Below, in pieces: positions 41,449-54,402 of a stretch of DNA of 64,000 nucleotides. How positions within the stretch are numbered: the first letter of the stretch is position 1; the number at the start of each line of letters is the position of its first letter. Made by a program: the position numbers and the translations under genes. Source of the DNA: Ramazzottius varieornatus (taxonomy: Eukaryota; Animalia; Tardigrada); contig BDGG01000005.1 in NCBI GenBank assembly GCA_001949185.1, forward strand, positions 3,139,972-3,203,971, read 5' to 3'. The notes under the pieces were generated by a model that had not been told where the DNA came from, searched no databases, and worked only from the letters and a program-made list of their open reading frames with translations.

Positions 41449-44400
41449 TCAAAGTGATACGCGAGACCGCTGTGCAATTGTTGCACAAGCGACGTTGTCA
41501 ACCCGTTTGTTTCGATGTTTTGATAGAGTGGTTTCCAGGTGCCACCAGAGTTCCATTGACTGCTTTTGTCGTAGTTGCCATTTGACAAAGGCACCGCCGC
41601 TGGTGACCAGCAAGATAAGAACGATGATCACGGGTGCCGTTACGAACATTGGTACTGACTGAACTCCTGGAGCGGAAAAATATAAAGCAATGAAGCGAAA
41701 AACAAAACATCCATTACACCCAGTGCGAACCATGATAATTCACCGTTGTTAATTACGTTACTGTACCTTGACATTTATCGTTATCGAACCCACATAAGGG
41801 TTCGCGCAGCGGTATCTCTCCACCACTCCACATGAATTTCCTGTTGAACGGATACGTCACCGCATTCGTCGAGTACTCGTAACGAACGACACTCTGAAAA
41901 GATGACACTCGTTATCGGTGACCCTATTGCAACATGAAGAATTGTGCGATATGCGTACGGTATGTAGAGCGGTGTAATGAACCCTAACCTCAAACTTTCC
42001 GCTTGTTGTACTCATCTGCTTCATCACAATGTTGAGGTACTTTTGACCGCCCGGACTGATGTACACTTTGCCCATGGGCAGGGAGAAAGTCCGATTCAAG
42101 AATTTCTCCGCTAGTTTTTTACCGTCTTGCAACTGTGGTGTGGATGCAAAGCAGCTGATGGGGTCGATTGTCTCGTTCAGAACCTAACCGAATAAAAGCG
42201 ATTTCGAATGATCCTGATGTGAACTTGGAACCGATGAGCGAACCTCGGCGAGTAAAGTCACCCCCGTGTATGCCGTTAAGGTTGGGGCAGCCAGCTGAAA
42301 CACGGACAGTAACCAAGAGCATTCCAAAATGCGAGTTAGCGGATCAATTGTAGTACGTGATTTTACCCCGGACATGGTTTCCAAACTGGATATCTCGTTA
42401 GCCTCGCTTTGACTGATCCGAGTCCGGATATTTCGAACGGTTTCAGCAGGGAGGTGCTCGGCTTCTCCTTCGTTGTCGTAGGTGAGGTAGAGAACTGAGC
42501 GGGAAGATGTGCTCGATACCTGAAAGGAGGCAGTGTGAAGTGAATTCGTGTGAGTCAAGGAAACTGCATTTCGGTACAAACTGAAATAGGACGAAGCTTT
42601 CCACGTACCTCAGAACTGTTTTCGAGCCATGTAAGGTCGGGGTAGCTGGGAAGCATTAAATAAGGCTGACTAAAGAGGTACACCTATCAGAGAAGAGGGA
42701 GCCGTAGATACACTACATATGTGGAAGCTAACAATGGAACCATAGCAGAAATGTTTGTTCGGGTACACGCGCCTGCCACAACTGTGGGCATGGACAACTC
42801 TGTGGGCAGCGGAGCGAAAGCGGCGCTGGTTTAAGTGCTTTGATTGATTGGTCAACTTCAGCTGGCCCTTGCCGCCTCCGCTCTTTTGCCTACAGTTTTT
42901 TCAATGCTCACAGTTGGGGCATGCGCGTGTCCGAATAATCGTACCGTAGAATCGGACTTACGTATTCGCTGGAGGTCATGTTTTTTGCTTGAGCATGAAT
43001 CTGAAAATAACAGTGCGGACACGTATACGTTCACGTTCTTCGTAGTACAGTATGTCTTTCTCCTTACCAGGATCTTCCGGGCTATTTCGCTTCGACATGC
43101 CAGAAACACAACTGCAAGAAAACAACAGCGTGCTTAGATTGTGACAAATTCGCCTTCCAGAGCAGTATCACATACTTCGAGCAGACTTTTGTACAATGTT
43201 GAGAATGCTGTCGTAGTCTATCACGTGTTTTCCCGCGCTGTCGAAAGCTACCGATCGCTGCTGAAATGCCGGTGTTACTAAAACGCGTTTCAGGCTTTCA
43301 CAGACGGCTCGAAAATATCCAAGGTCCCGTCTGTCGTCGCATACAACGAATATCGTAGTCCAGTTACTGTAGACAAGGAAGTCCTTGACGAAAGCCACGA
43401 AAAGATTGTGGTGCGCTGGAGCGACTGACAATGCGGTCGGATTTTTCCTGTTATCTTTGTCGTCCGGCACGCTTCCCAGTCTAGGAAGCCTCAGGTGTTA
43501 GTTATCATGATGGTAAAAGTGTTGCAGCACAGATGCTCGTTGGTACTTACGTTGATATCACTGGAATATTCCATTCTGATGTTAATTTTGCCACCATCAG
43601 AAATTCCGCAGAGCAAACTGAATAACATACGGGCTTAAGCTACACGAGTGGTACCCGACAGAGAAGCGGAAACACCTAGTAGGGCTGTATTATAAAACGA
43701 GAAAAGGGATTTCGAAAAAGATCAGCCAACTGGGAGGATCGAACTCCCGACATCTTGCTTACTAGGCAAGCGCATCTACCGCTGAGCTAAGTCGGCAATT
43801 ATACTGGAGGAGTTCTGTTTCTCTGTGAGGTTGCGACGTGTGATCGAGGCATGGACGGAGGTGACTGTGTTCGCGCGAACCTTTTCGTGTACAGTATTTA
43901 TCAGCGGTTGGAAATGATAAGTCGTAGTATCAAGCAGGTACGGTGCTCTCGCGCTGCGACGTTCGGAAGCTCAGACACTCACTTAAAAATACTTCGAGTT
44001 CAACAACAGGGCGACCGGCGAGAATTTCATTTCCGAGTGCCGGTTCAGTCTCTCCAGACCTCTTGCGTTGTTGTTCAAGTTCGTAACGCAGACAGCACAG
44101 TAGCTTACTTCATTCTAAACGGATGGCACGAGCCTTCATATTTGATGAGGACCAGCTTCGCTCTCGCTGTGCCGTTTATACCCTGGTCTCGAGTTATTCA
44201 TTCCTTGGCAAAATCCTTGCCTGGATCCATAAGTGCTTTTCATGAAGAACGAAACGTGACTGACATTTCGTATCATAAGGTATGGATGTGTATTACAAAG
44301 GCTGGAGACGTCAAGTGTGCGTAATAATCACTCAATTCTGAACAGGAACAAGAATAGGTACTTACATGGAGAAATGATGACCATGGTCCCCTCAGCACCC

Positions 44401-44714
44401 TGGTTCTCGTAGTAATTCTGAGCAGCAATGTTGACTGTGTCGTCCGCCATCTGTTCACAATAGATGATTTTCTTGTTGGTATATCCTTGATGTTTGAGAT
44501 GGAACTTTCCGCCATACATGGCGTGGGCATCTTGGATCGCAACAGGGATACTGGCGAACACATCGACATACTGGTAGGCCGCGATCGTTACTATCGTTAT
44601 CTGGGGTACGGAGCAGTTGTGGATTCCATCGGACATCTCCATTGCCGTTTGTCCTCTGGATCTCTGACACAGGAAAAACAGAGAAAAGAGCAGCACCGCG
44701 GTTATCCGAGTCAT
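41449..44714 (-). CDS. Cyclase-less natriuretic-peptide-receptor/rGC-like single-pass receptor, copy C (11 exons)
   Basis: Signal peptide MTRITAVLLFSLFFLC; YCEQMAD; EFLMVAKLTSEWNIP; WTTIFVVCDD; EPLCGFDNDKC; TM; tail LWWHL then stop. Confidence 0.87.
42764..42931. mobile_element. Palindromic MITE (TACACGCGCC termini), copy 1, intronic
   Basis: Same family as 58448-58615 (shared GGAGCGAAAGCG and GCTTTGATTGATT..GGTCAAC..CAGCTGGCCC core). Confidence 0.65.
43724..43796 (-). tRNA. tRNA-Thr(AGT) in intron 1 of receptor copy C
   Basis: GCCGACT/AGTTGGC acceptor stem; TAGCTCAGCGG A-box; CTTGC-CTAGTAA-GCAAG anticodon arm; GGGAG-TTCGATC-CTCCC T-arm; downstream T-run terminator; D-stem slightly imperfect. 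Confidence 0.85.
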
Positions 44715-46694
44715 TTTAGTGTGGGAGTAATAGTAAATAAAAATAGCGGGGCACAACATCGGTGGTAACTCATTAAGGATCCTTTCCCACTCGACACATG
44801 ATTACGAAATCCAAGAGATCGATGTAACCATGTAATGTTTCGTCACGTAAGTGAAGTAAGCAAAGATAGTTCACGCATCTTTCTCGTGACGTCGTATTAG
44901 ATGGATGTGAAGCGTCCCAGATCTCTCTAATCGTAAAAAAAAGTAACTTGAACCCTCGAAGAGCATGCCTCGAATGATATTGGTAGAAAATGATCTTTGT
45001 ATACTAGCAGCTGTCAATCAGAGCAGATCAAGCGGCAAATGCAATTGAATATGAAATGCAAGGTTCACCCGCGATTGATCCAACACCACATGCACAACTT
45101 TCATCCAACTCGTTAATTAATATTTGTTCCACTAAATGAATTTGTTCTGCTAACATTTCCTAGTCAAACCCAACTCAGACTTGCTCGGGTGGTTGTGGTG
45201 GCTGAAAACGCACTTCAGTTCACCCTTTTGAAACATACTTTGGTGGCGTTCAGCTCCCTGTATGATGAGGACCTTCGTCCCGTGTACGTTCTCTCGACCG
45301 AAGACTTGCTCTGGAAGAACTGCCAACAGTTTTATGGGCGGAGACAGTGGAGACAGCAGTATTCGGAGCGAAGATATGAGCCGCAGCTTGTTTCCGGCTG
45401 CTTAGCTTGCTTAAGAGGGTGAAACGTTTCGTGCATCACGAGCTGTCACCAGTGCGCGCTACACCTGACTTCCGTTCGTGGTGCATGTCGCGAAGTGTAT
45501 CCACTGTTTAATGGAAAGTTTACAGCTTACGACTCGCGCGCCATGCACCACGAGCATTCATCTCAGTGCTTTGTCAACTTGGTCTCTGCAAATGGCTCCG
45601 CCCACAGTATTCAGGCTGGTCTACTGCCGTTTCGTTCCTGCGGCTGACGAGTTCGGCCGTCCCGTTAATTAATAACCGACTATCCCTGATGTACCGCTCA
45701 GTGGAGCTTTGAGCACCGCATTTGAGAGCTGCTCCATCTTCCCAACAACTTCCTTGCTGCTGTCCAGAGACCTGTCTACTAGTCCAGTATCACCTCTGCA
45801 TGTACCAGCTGCGGACCGAAAGTGGGAAATGCGGACTTCACGTGGAAACGTTACGATCACGCAACGAGTGGATGTTGTTACTTACTAAATCGGCTTCTGC
45901 ATTCTGCAAAGATCGTGGGAGAAACGGCTGAAATTTTGTACTGTATTACCTCAAAATCCACATACGTCACTCGCCACGTTCTAACAAAGATGCGGATGGT
46001 AAGCATGCGATAGGTTGCTTGGCCCAAACAGCCATGACGTTAGTGTAGCCAATTAAGAAAAGTAAATCAACCATTTACAGCTGTGCGGCGAGTTTGGTTC
46101 GGGGAATCAGCTGTTCAGTCAAAGGCTTCTCTCTGTAAATGGATTATAGCACTTCCGGCGGAAGTTCTCGTGGTTAACCCTAGTTCTCAATACACCGCAG
46201 CCTGTCAGTTGTGCAAGGCCTAGTTAGGTGACCGGGAAAAGCTTGAACACATTGACGCCCTTTTATTTTCCGCATGATGAAGCACCGCCAAGTAGAGAAG
46301 AAAACGTCTTGATGCCGTAATACAGAGATGCCGGCTTTGAGTTGTTCAGTTTAGACATGCAGCAACCGTAGAGCGCCTTCTCTGCTGGTAGATTAGTTTG
46401 ATAGTGATGTCGGCGACAATTTTTCTGTTTTACAGTACTTAGGTGAAGCCAACAAATGATACAAACGCTAGATCCCATTGGCCATCTACCGTCCCTAATA
46501 AGTTCAGCAGTCGGCTCTTGTTATATTGTGACGTCTGCAGCAGCAGCACCACCACTAGACAATACAGACTGATTAATGAGTGCAAATAATCATCGAGACA
46601 GAGCATGTTGTTTATAACCAAGCTAAGGCCATGTACCGATGAACGCATACACTATCATGGTTTGGATCGGAGAAAACAAACGTTAGACAAGACA

Positions 46695-49600
46695 TCAAAA
46701 GGTACGACCAAAGCGCATATGCAATGTATTGACCGAGGGTATCAATTTAGAAGTTACCAGTGAACGTCCTTTTTTCGACTCGTAAAGCACGTCTGGCTGT
46801 ACTGCCCACCACATATGTCCAAGTGAGTACACTCTGCGATGGATCCACCATCCCAACCAAACAGCTGTTCCAATAACAGGGACGAGAGCAAGACAAACGA
46901 CCGACCCCAGAACGGAAGCAGGCAATGCTTGAGAGCCTACGGAAAGGAATTTCCGTTGTGCTGTTCAAATGGCTGTTGTGCCGTACGTGTACACATCCAA
47001 CGGCTATGCAGAACCCACCTGCGATGCACTTTCCACCGTCGAACCCACAGATCGGCTCATTTACAGGCATACTTCCACTGTTCCATGAGAAGTTTCTTCC
47101 GAAGGGAAAGCTCACGGTATTCTTTCGATAATTGTACCGAAGAATGTCCTGAAAGAAGCAAATTGCCGGAATTGCTGCAGGGGAAAATGAAAGACCGACT
47201 GATTTTAAGGCGGTCGAGCAGACCTCCAGGTCTCCGGTTTGCCAGTTAACTTGTTGAACAAGCATGTCGACGTGTCTTTGACCCCCAGGAGATACGTAAA
47301 TGCTGCCTGTAGGAAGTGTGAATGTACGACTGAGAAACTTCTCAACTATCCCAACACCATTCCGTAATGCCAGAAGGGAGGAAGTATAATTTGTTGAATC
47401 CACAGTCTCGTTGATGACCTTCAAACAACACAGGCAAACCGAATGCATCCTTGACACAGGGGAAACTTGCCATGTCAATGGCTTACAGTAACCTGAATTC
47501 ACAGCCCTAGGGGAAAAACCGAGTCCAACCTTTCCAAGTAGGGTCACGACAGTATATGCTGCCACCGTTGTTGCTGCTATCTACGGAAATGAAAATTACA
47601 CCCATTTAACCGGTTTTCATGTTTTTTCACATGGCGACAGATATATGCTGACTTTATCCGAAGTGGACAAATTGGCATATCCGGCATTGGCAATTTTTTG
47701 ACGCAGGTTCTTCACGGTCACAAGTGGTAACCGGTCGACGTCTTCGTTGTCGTAGGTTACGCACAAAATTAGACGCAATGTTGCGGGTGTAATCTGACAA
47801 GAATACTCAGCACCAGTAATATAAAGTCCGCCAACACATTCCTACCTCCGAAATGTGACACCTCAGAGAATTCTTCGCGACTCAGCCAGACTCCCGACTG
47901 ACAATCTGAACACACTACTCGATAGTTCATGCGAAATTGATACTACCATGACCACTAGCCTGGTGTTGTGACTGGAATAGAAATAAACGATGGAAAAGTT
48001 GTCACACCTGGGAGGTAGGACTGTATAAATTAACAACAGACTTCACCAATACGGCCCGGACTGGAACGGATGAGTGGCCAGTTGTTGTTGTTGTTTACTT
48101 GTTTTGAGTCTCAATCTATCCAGACGACTGTCTGACAGCGATTGCGACTATGCTACCTGGTAAACTCTCGGCAGACCATCAATACAAAGCCTGAGGAGAA
48201 GAAAGTTTCCACGTACCTCGCTGTCCTGGATTATCCACGACAATTCAGGGTAGCTGGGTAACAACGTGAAAGGCGTACTAACTAGGTAGACCTGTGAAAA
48301 ACCATATTCATCCACTGGCTCAGGTGAGCGGGGGGGGGGGTTACATCTACATTCACATAAGCGTGCTCTGTACCCACATATTCGCTGTTCGTCATATTCT
48401 TCCTCTGAGCATGGATCTGTTAATAAGCACAACAACATATTGTCGGTCCTCTTTTCTTGTGGTATAGCAGCTTTGCAGCCCACTGTATCCTTAGAATTGG
48501 GAAGTACCATGAACTGTCTTGCCACATCGCTTCGGCACATCAGGAACACCACTGGAAAAAAACAACCAAGAAACAGATTTGTATCTACCAACGTTCGAAA
48601 GCTGGCCCAGTATATTTCGACCTGGTGACTCAAGACCCTTCAGGATCAGTACCTCGAGCTGACTTTTGCACAAATTCAAGATAGACATCGTAGCTGACTG
48701 CTTCGGCGCCACTATCAAAGTTGATAGCCGGTATTTGGAACGTCGGCGCTACCAGTAGACGTTTGAAATTTTCACAGTTCGCCCTGAAGAATCCCACATT
48801 TCGCTTGTCATCACACAGCAGAAAAAGTGTGGTCCACTTCTGATACAAGAGGAACTGCTTTAAGAAGTTGCCGAAAACAGTATTGTGGGCTGGGGCAATC
48901 GTTAGTGCTGTCAGATACTTTCGGTCGTCCGTAGCAAAACTACCTATGCTGTAAGGGAGAGTAGTTTGGGTACCGTATCATTCTGGCAATACTTTCGGAA
49001 CAGTTTGGAAACTTACGTGGAGATAACTGGTACGTTCCATTCTGCGGTCAGTCGAGCCATCATTGTAAAATCCGCCGTACAATCTGAAACGGGTGATATG
49101 AGTCTGTTCCGGATATACCGACACGGTCACGGGTCATCGTACGACTATGGTTTTCGTTTGCTTGCCTGTATGCCCTGTACCCATCGTCCGATATTGATAG
49201 TTTGAACACCATCATGGGAAGCACACTTTTTAGTTTCCGGTCACGTGACCATCAAGTCACTGGTACAATCAGTCAGTTGGTGAGCAATTAGTTCCGGACG
49301 AGGAGATACAGGTTCCTTGCTGTCGATCTCTCGTCGCGTGACAGGTTTATGGGGAAGTCCGAACAGCTAAAATTTACTGTCCGAAGCATTACTGTACCGA
49401 CCACCACAAACGAAATCTCTTTGAGAGATTTTGCGCAAAGTTTTTCCTTATGGCTTCTATACGACCTATTTTGCCTCTTTTTTCCGGACGAAATGCTTCC
49501 ACTTACGGTATCTGAGTTTGCGCAAACGAAAACCATGGTCGTACGATGACTCGTAACCGTGAACGTATGCTACAGGTTACTGGAAGCTGTGTTCACTCAC

Positions 49601-49961
49601 ATGGTGACAAAAATATAGGACCACCCGATGGTTCCGTGCGGCGTATATCATAGTAGTATGCAGCAGAAAGGTTTATCGTATCGTCCGCGAGCTCTTCGCA
49701 AAAGAACCTGGTCTGGTTGGAGTATGAAACGGACTTCATTGAGAATCTTCCGGTGTAAAGGGAGTTGACGTCCTCCACCGCCGCTGCTATGCTGGGAATG
49801 ACTTCCGAATACTGGTACGCAGCTGTCGTGACGAGGGTCAGGGTAGGAACTGGGCTTACCGTTGTCGAAGCCTCCATTACAGATGCACTAGAAACCTCGA
49901 GAAGTTTACGGGAAGAAAGGCCGAACAACACAACGACTGCAAACATATCGTAGAGTCGCAT
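46695..49961 (-). CDS. Cyclase-less natriuretic-peptide-receptor/rGC-like single-pass receptor, copy D (11 exons)
   Basis: [59 protein letters not shown], tail MWWAV then stop. Confidence 0.87.
49122..49561. mobile_element. MITE in intron 1 of copy D
   Basis: ~40-bp TIRs CACGGTCACGGGTCATCGTACGACTATGGTTTTCGTTTGC. Confidence 0.75.
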
Positions 49962-50609
49962 GTTTCTAAGTATCAACGATGTTTCTGCTTCGAAAAAGCA
50001 ACTAGAGTACAGGGCGCAAAAAATACTCTATAGGTTTTTCTGATCCGTCTTCGCAACATCGCACATTACAAGCAAACATGACCAATATGTTATTCAGCTG
50101 TACAGTATCATCCTTCTAGTGACCAGAACTGATACCGATGATACGCCACGTAAAGGCAGAGACACAGGCTCAATACATTTGAACTGATCTAAAGCATCAA
50201 TCCCAAGAAAAAGAATCGTGGGTTCAGCGTACACTCCTGCGCGAGAGCGTCTGTGTACGTAAGCGCATGTACGATGAGTCCACCAAATTGCTCATTTTTG
50301 CGCATCACATGTGCAACCAATCAAATCAATCAAACTGACAGTTGATTGACTGATTGAGTAATTTGCGTCTTTTTGAGGATTCATTCCATCATTACACTGA
50401 TTTCATCGTTGATCTTCGTCGTAATGACTACTTGATTGACCTTCATTACAATGTTAATGGGGTCCAACCGGATTGACGATCGGGATGGCCGACTCGGTCC
50501 GGCCCGGACCTACCAAACGGTTCGACCCAACCAAAGACCGGGCAAAATCGGTGTCCGACCGACAGGCTGTCACGTCAGATGGGGGTCCGACATGAGAGTC
50601 TGACTCTCA

Positions 50610-52898
50610 CGAGGGGATTACGCCTGTCCCCACCTCTTTTTGGTCAAACTGTCCTGGCGGAACGAGAGAGGAGAGTCTCTTCTAGGATCTGAGCCAGTGA
50701 GCTAAATCTCGCGTCGATCCTGGAACAAACTACAGGGACTCGGAAGTGACGTCAGAAATTTATGCAATAACGTAGAAACGTGATGTCTTGTAGGTCCACG
50801 TTAGACCTAACAAACAAACCCTGAAACCCATCAGTAAACAAACGTGTTACGGCAAATAGATAGTACAGAAATGATGAGCGCCATAAAAGTGATGGAAGCA
50901 AAGACGGGCCTTGCACCACCCGCAAACCAGACGAACAATGTCTCTGCAGTTCTCGTGAAGACAACTGCCTTTCAGTTTATCAAACATAAACTTGGCTGGA
51001 TTAACATACATGAAACGTTCGTCGGTATATCCCGACTTATGCCAAACTTCAGCTATCAAATTTTCGAACCTGGGCGACTGAAACTGTTGATACAGCAAAG
51101 AGTGCAATCTCAAAATCGCATCGCGATGATGCACTTGAACGGGTAAATCGTGCAAAAAGACAAAGTCGAATATCTTCTTGAAGCAGCCTTTGTACATCCT
51201 AAAGCATAACACATCTAGCGGTTGAATTTGACCGGTAACTTTCGGAGGGATGGTCAGCATTTCGTACTCCAGCTCTTCCGGTTTCAGTTCAATCACAGAA
51301 TCTTGATCGGTGAAGGTCTTCCACGAGTCGGCCAAGAGAATGCACCGCTCTTCCATATGAGGGGAAAGAACTTTTCTGAACACTCTAAGTAGAGCTTCTT
51401 GGTCATCTTCCCGGATGTCGAAGCAGTGACATACAGATTGTCAGCCTTGAACATCGTTCTCGACACGATTGGACCAAACACTCCTTTCTCTTCCTTCAGC
51501 GTTAGGAAAAGAACAGGAAGAAACTTACGCCTGCCCGGGAAGACCGCCATCATCACAGTGTAGCTATGTGTCATGGAATTCTCCGACTGGGTGATCGCTT
51601 CCACGTGTTTTACTCCAGCAGTTTCCAAAGTTTGTCCTGGTCTCATCTCATATTCAAAGCCTGACTGATCCGCATTCCATAGACAGTCTAACCCGTACTC
51701 TGCGATCCTTCATCTGACAAGCGCAACGCAGGCTTCAGCACTTTCCTTGACGTGAGGCGCTTCTTGTATGGATTTCTTGGTTATTTTCCGGTCAACGATC
51801 CCATAATATCTAGAAAATATTAATTTCGTTTTTGAAGGAAATCGAAGCACAGAATACTGTTGGTACCGTTTGAGATTTCCGATCTAGTCTGGGGAAGCAG
51901 TGAAACCGGCCAAGTTCACCGTTTCGTTCGCAGTGAGAGCCCATCGACGTAAGTCCACTTGCTTTTTCCTTTTAGCGAGGAAGAACTGCTTACCGACATC
52001 CAAACGTAGAGCCTTCAACTTGTCCAGCCTGAAACCGCCTTCCACTACCTGCTTTTCCCAGTCGTACAGCTGCCGTATGCTGGTTACTTTACCAAAACTT
52101 CTCTGAACAGTGGCCAACGTGAGACGCTTCTTCTTCACGGCGTTTCTCCAGTATGTAACCGCACGTTTCTTGTACTCCACGTTGACTAACTGATCCACTG
52201 GAAGCTTGGGGTTAGGAAGTCGTGGGATGTATAGCTCATGGGAAGGTTCAGTTCCGCTGGAAACAGGCTCAAGCAGTCTATCAGGTTCCGTAACGTCGAA
52301 GTCAGCTTCACTCCGGCCATTCAGCAGGTTGCACTGGACAACAGATGCTTCGTAATCTTCAAATGACTNNNNNNNNNNNNNNNNNNNNNNNNNNNNNNNN
52401 NNNNNNNNNNNNNNNNNNAGATTACGAATCAATTAGTATCTTTTTTGTTTTTGAGCTCCAGTGCACAGCAAGATTACCTTCAACTATGTCCTTGAACTGC
52501 CTGTCAGCTTCGCTTGGAAAGTCGTCGATACGGTAGTGCAGTTTGTAGTCCCATTCCAGCAGCTTGATAACATTCAGCAAGTTGATGGATTCCATTTCAG
52601 AGAAGCGCAGGAATGAATGAGCAAACGAGAGAAGGTTGAAAAACAACAGAAAACTTGATGAGCAGGAAGCACAGGCTCAATCAACAACCGAATCAACCAT
52701 CGAACAATCGAGTCTTGATTGTTCATTACTCTGCTTATATACCGCCCTACTTTTGACGTCACTCCCGAGTCCCTGTAGTTTGTTCCAGGATCGACGCGGG
52801 ATTTAGCTCACTGGCTCAGATCCTAGAAGAGACTCTCCTCTCTCGTTCCGCCAGGACAGTTTGACCAAAAAGAGGTGGGGACAGGCATAATCTCCTCG
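50610..52898 (-). mobile_element. pogo/DDE_1-like DNA transposon with ~145-bp TIRs and a frameshifted transposase
   Basis: Near-perfect long TIRs; transposase motifs WNADQSGFEYE, LLADSW, IPPKVTGQIQPLDV, C-terminal CGWC..LCFHHF zinc finger; CENP-B-like HTH region. Confidence 0.9.
52369..52418. other. Assembly gap (50 N) inside the transposon
   Basis: Run of N. Confidence 0.99.
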
Positions 52899-54402
52899 TC
52901 AGTCCCGTCATGTAAAAAACACTTTCAGTGATGTCTAATGTTCACCTTCGTAGCTGTTAACGTATCCCGTTTATCCGAGACTTCTGGCCACCTTCCCCAG
53001 AATCACAACACTTTCCGCTACTTTCGCCCGAATCCATCTCGTTCAGCTGGATGGTGGCTTTGTTCTGATGTCAATTTTTCATCTGGAAACAAGAACATTC
53101 GTTCCTGAAGGAATAGAGATTTTCATTTCCACTGCAATATGCGCCGTTGGAATTTCTCGTAAAGAGCTTGTATCCACCGCAGGTTTACACAGCTAAAGAA
53201 GCATCCTGGGCGTTTTGGTTGCGTTTAGAACCTGGACTGATTTGAAGGGAAGGCTTCCTTCGTTCTCTGCTTTCAGTTTGAACAGACAAACAGATGCTTG
53301 AATCTTCAAAACGAAATAACAACGTAATTCTAACCATCATCTTCGCCGAAGTTGACAACAAAATCTTGCTGGGTATCGCTAGTTGGAGTGAGCACTTAGC
53401 CGAAAGTCCAAAAAGTTATTCGAGCTTTGCTTACCGTCAGCTGCGGTTTGCAGAGTCCCGAAGACGCAGCATGCCGAAACAAACTTTGGCAGTATCTGGC
53501 ACGGAAAAACCTGCGTTTCCGTCGACTGGCTGTTCCTGACGTGTTTTCTCCAAGCCTCACAACGTTTACATGGGGTCAGGTATAGACGAGAGTAGGGATC
53601 AGGATAGGGTTGAGAGACGGACGTAGAGGAAAATGGTCGGTGGCTAGAACTAACGGGGGTAGCCTGGTAGCACGGAAATTTAATCGTCTGAAAATTTTCA
53701 AGTCTAGAATTTTGCGCGTGCCTCAGCCACCTACGTACAGGCGCGCTGCCTGCGCTCGACCACGTATGCGCCGGTTGAGAAAAGTCCACTCTGGCTACCG
53801 TGCGCGGTCCCAACCAAAGTACGAGAGAGACTTCCGTCGATACTCAGGTCGGGACTTTTTCTCCTTAGGATTGATAGAAACATAATCCACACTTAGCCGT
53901 TCTGCCGCTGTTGCACGTTGGGAGATTAGCACAAATTGGGCGAAAATCGATGCCACGATTTTCCATTAATTGTCAGTCTTCGATCTATATCTGTTCCACG
54001 GAACTGCATTGAGCATATACAGTAAGTCATCTGGGTAGGCGATTTGGAAAGAATATGTCGCATGAATTGCACAATACTTTCGGAAACTCCCGTGCCTCAC
54101 ATTTCCCGGTGATATTCCATGGTAGATAATCCCTGTTCTTTCACTGTGTTCATCGTGAAAGCGTCATGGGAATTACTCTGCAGGCAAGCGAACAGCGCGT
54201 TGGCGGTGCCGAAGGTTACGCGAGCAGAATTAAGACTGTGAACCACCGTGAAGAATCTTATCTCGGATATTATTTTGCATACAGCTTCAGTACCTGCCCC
54301 GATGTTGAGCAACGTTGCACCTCATAACAGAGATCCACCTCATAATTGTGCATCAGGTGACCGCTCAATAGCGATATGACGTTCTCGATGAAGCAAAACA
54401 TC

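Noticed and set aside
46747-47565. 272-aa ORF as an intronless gene
   Set aside because: Read-through of stop-free introns linking exons 8-10 of receptor copy D
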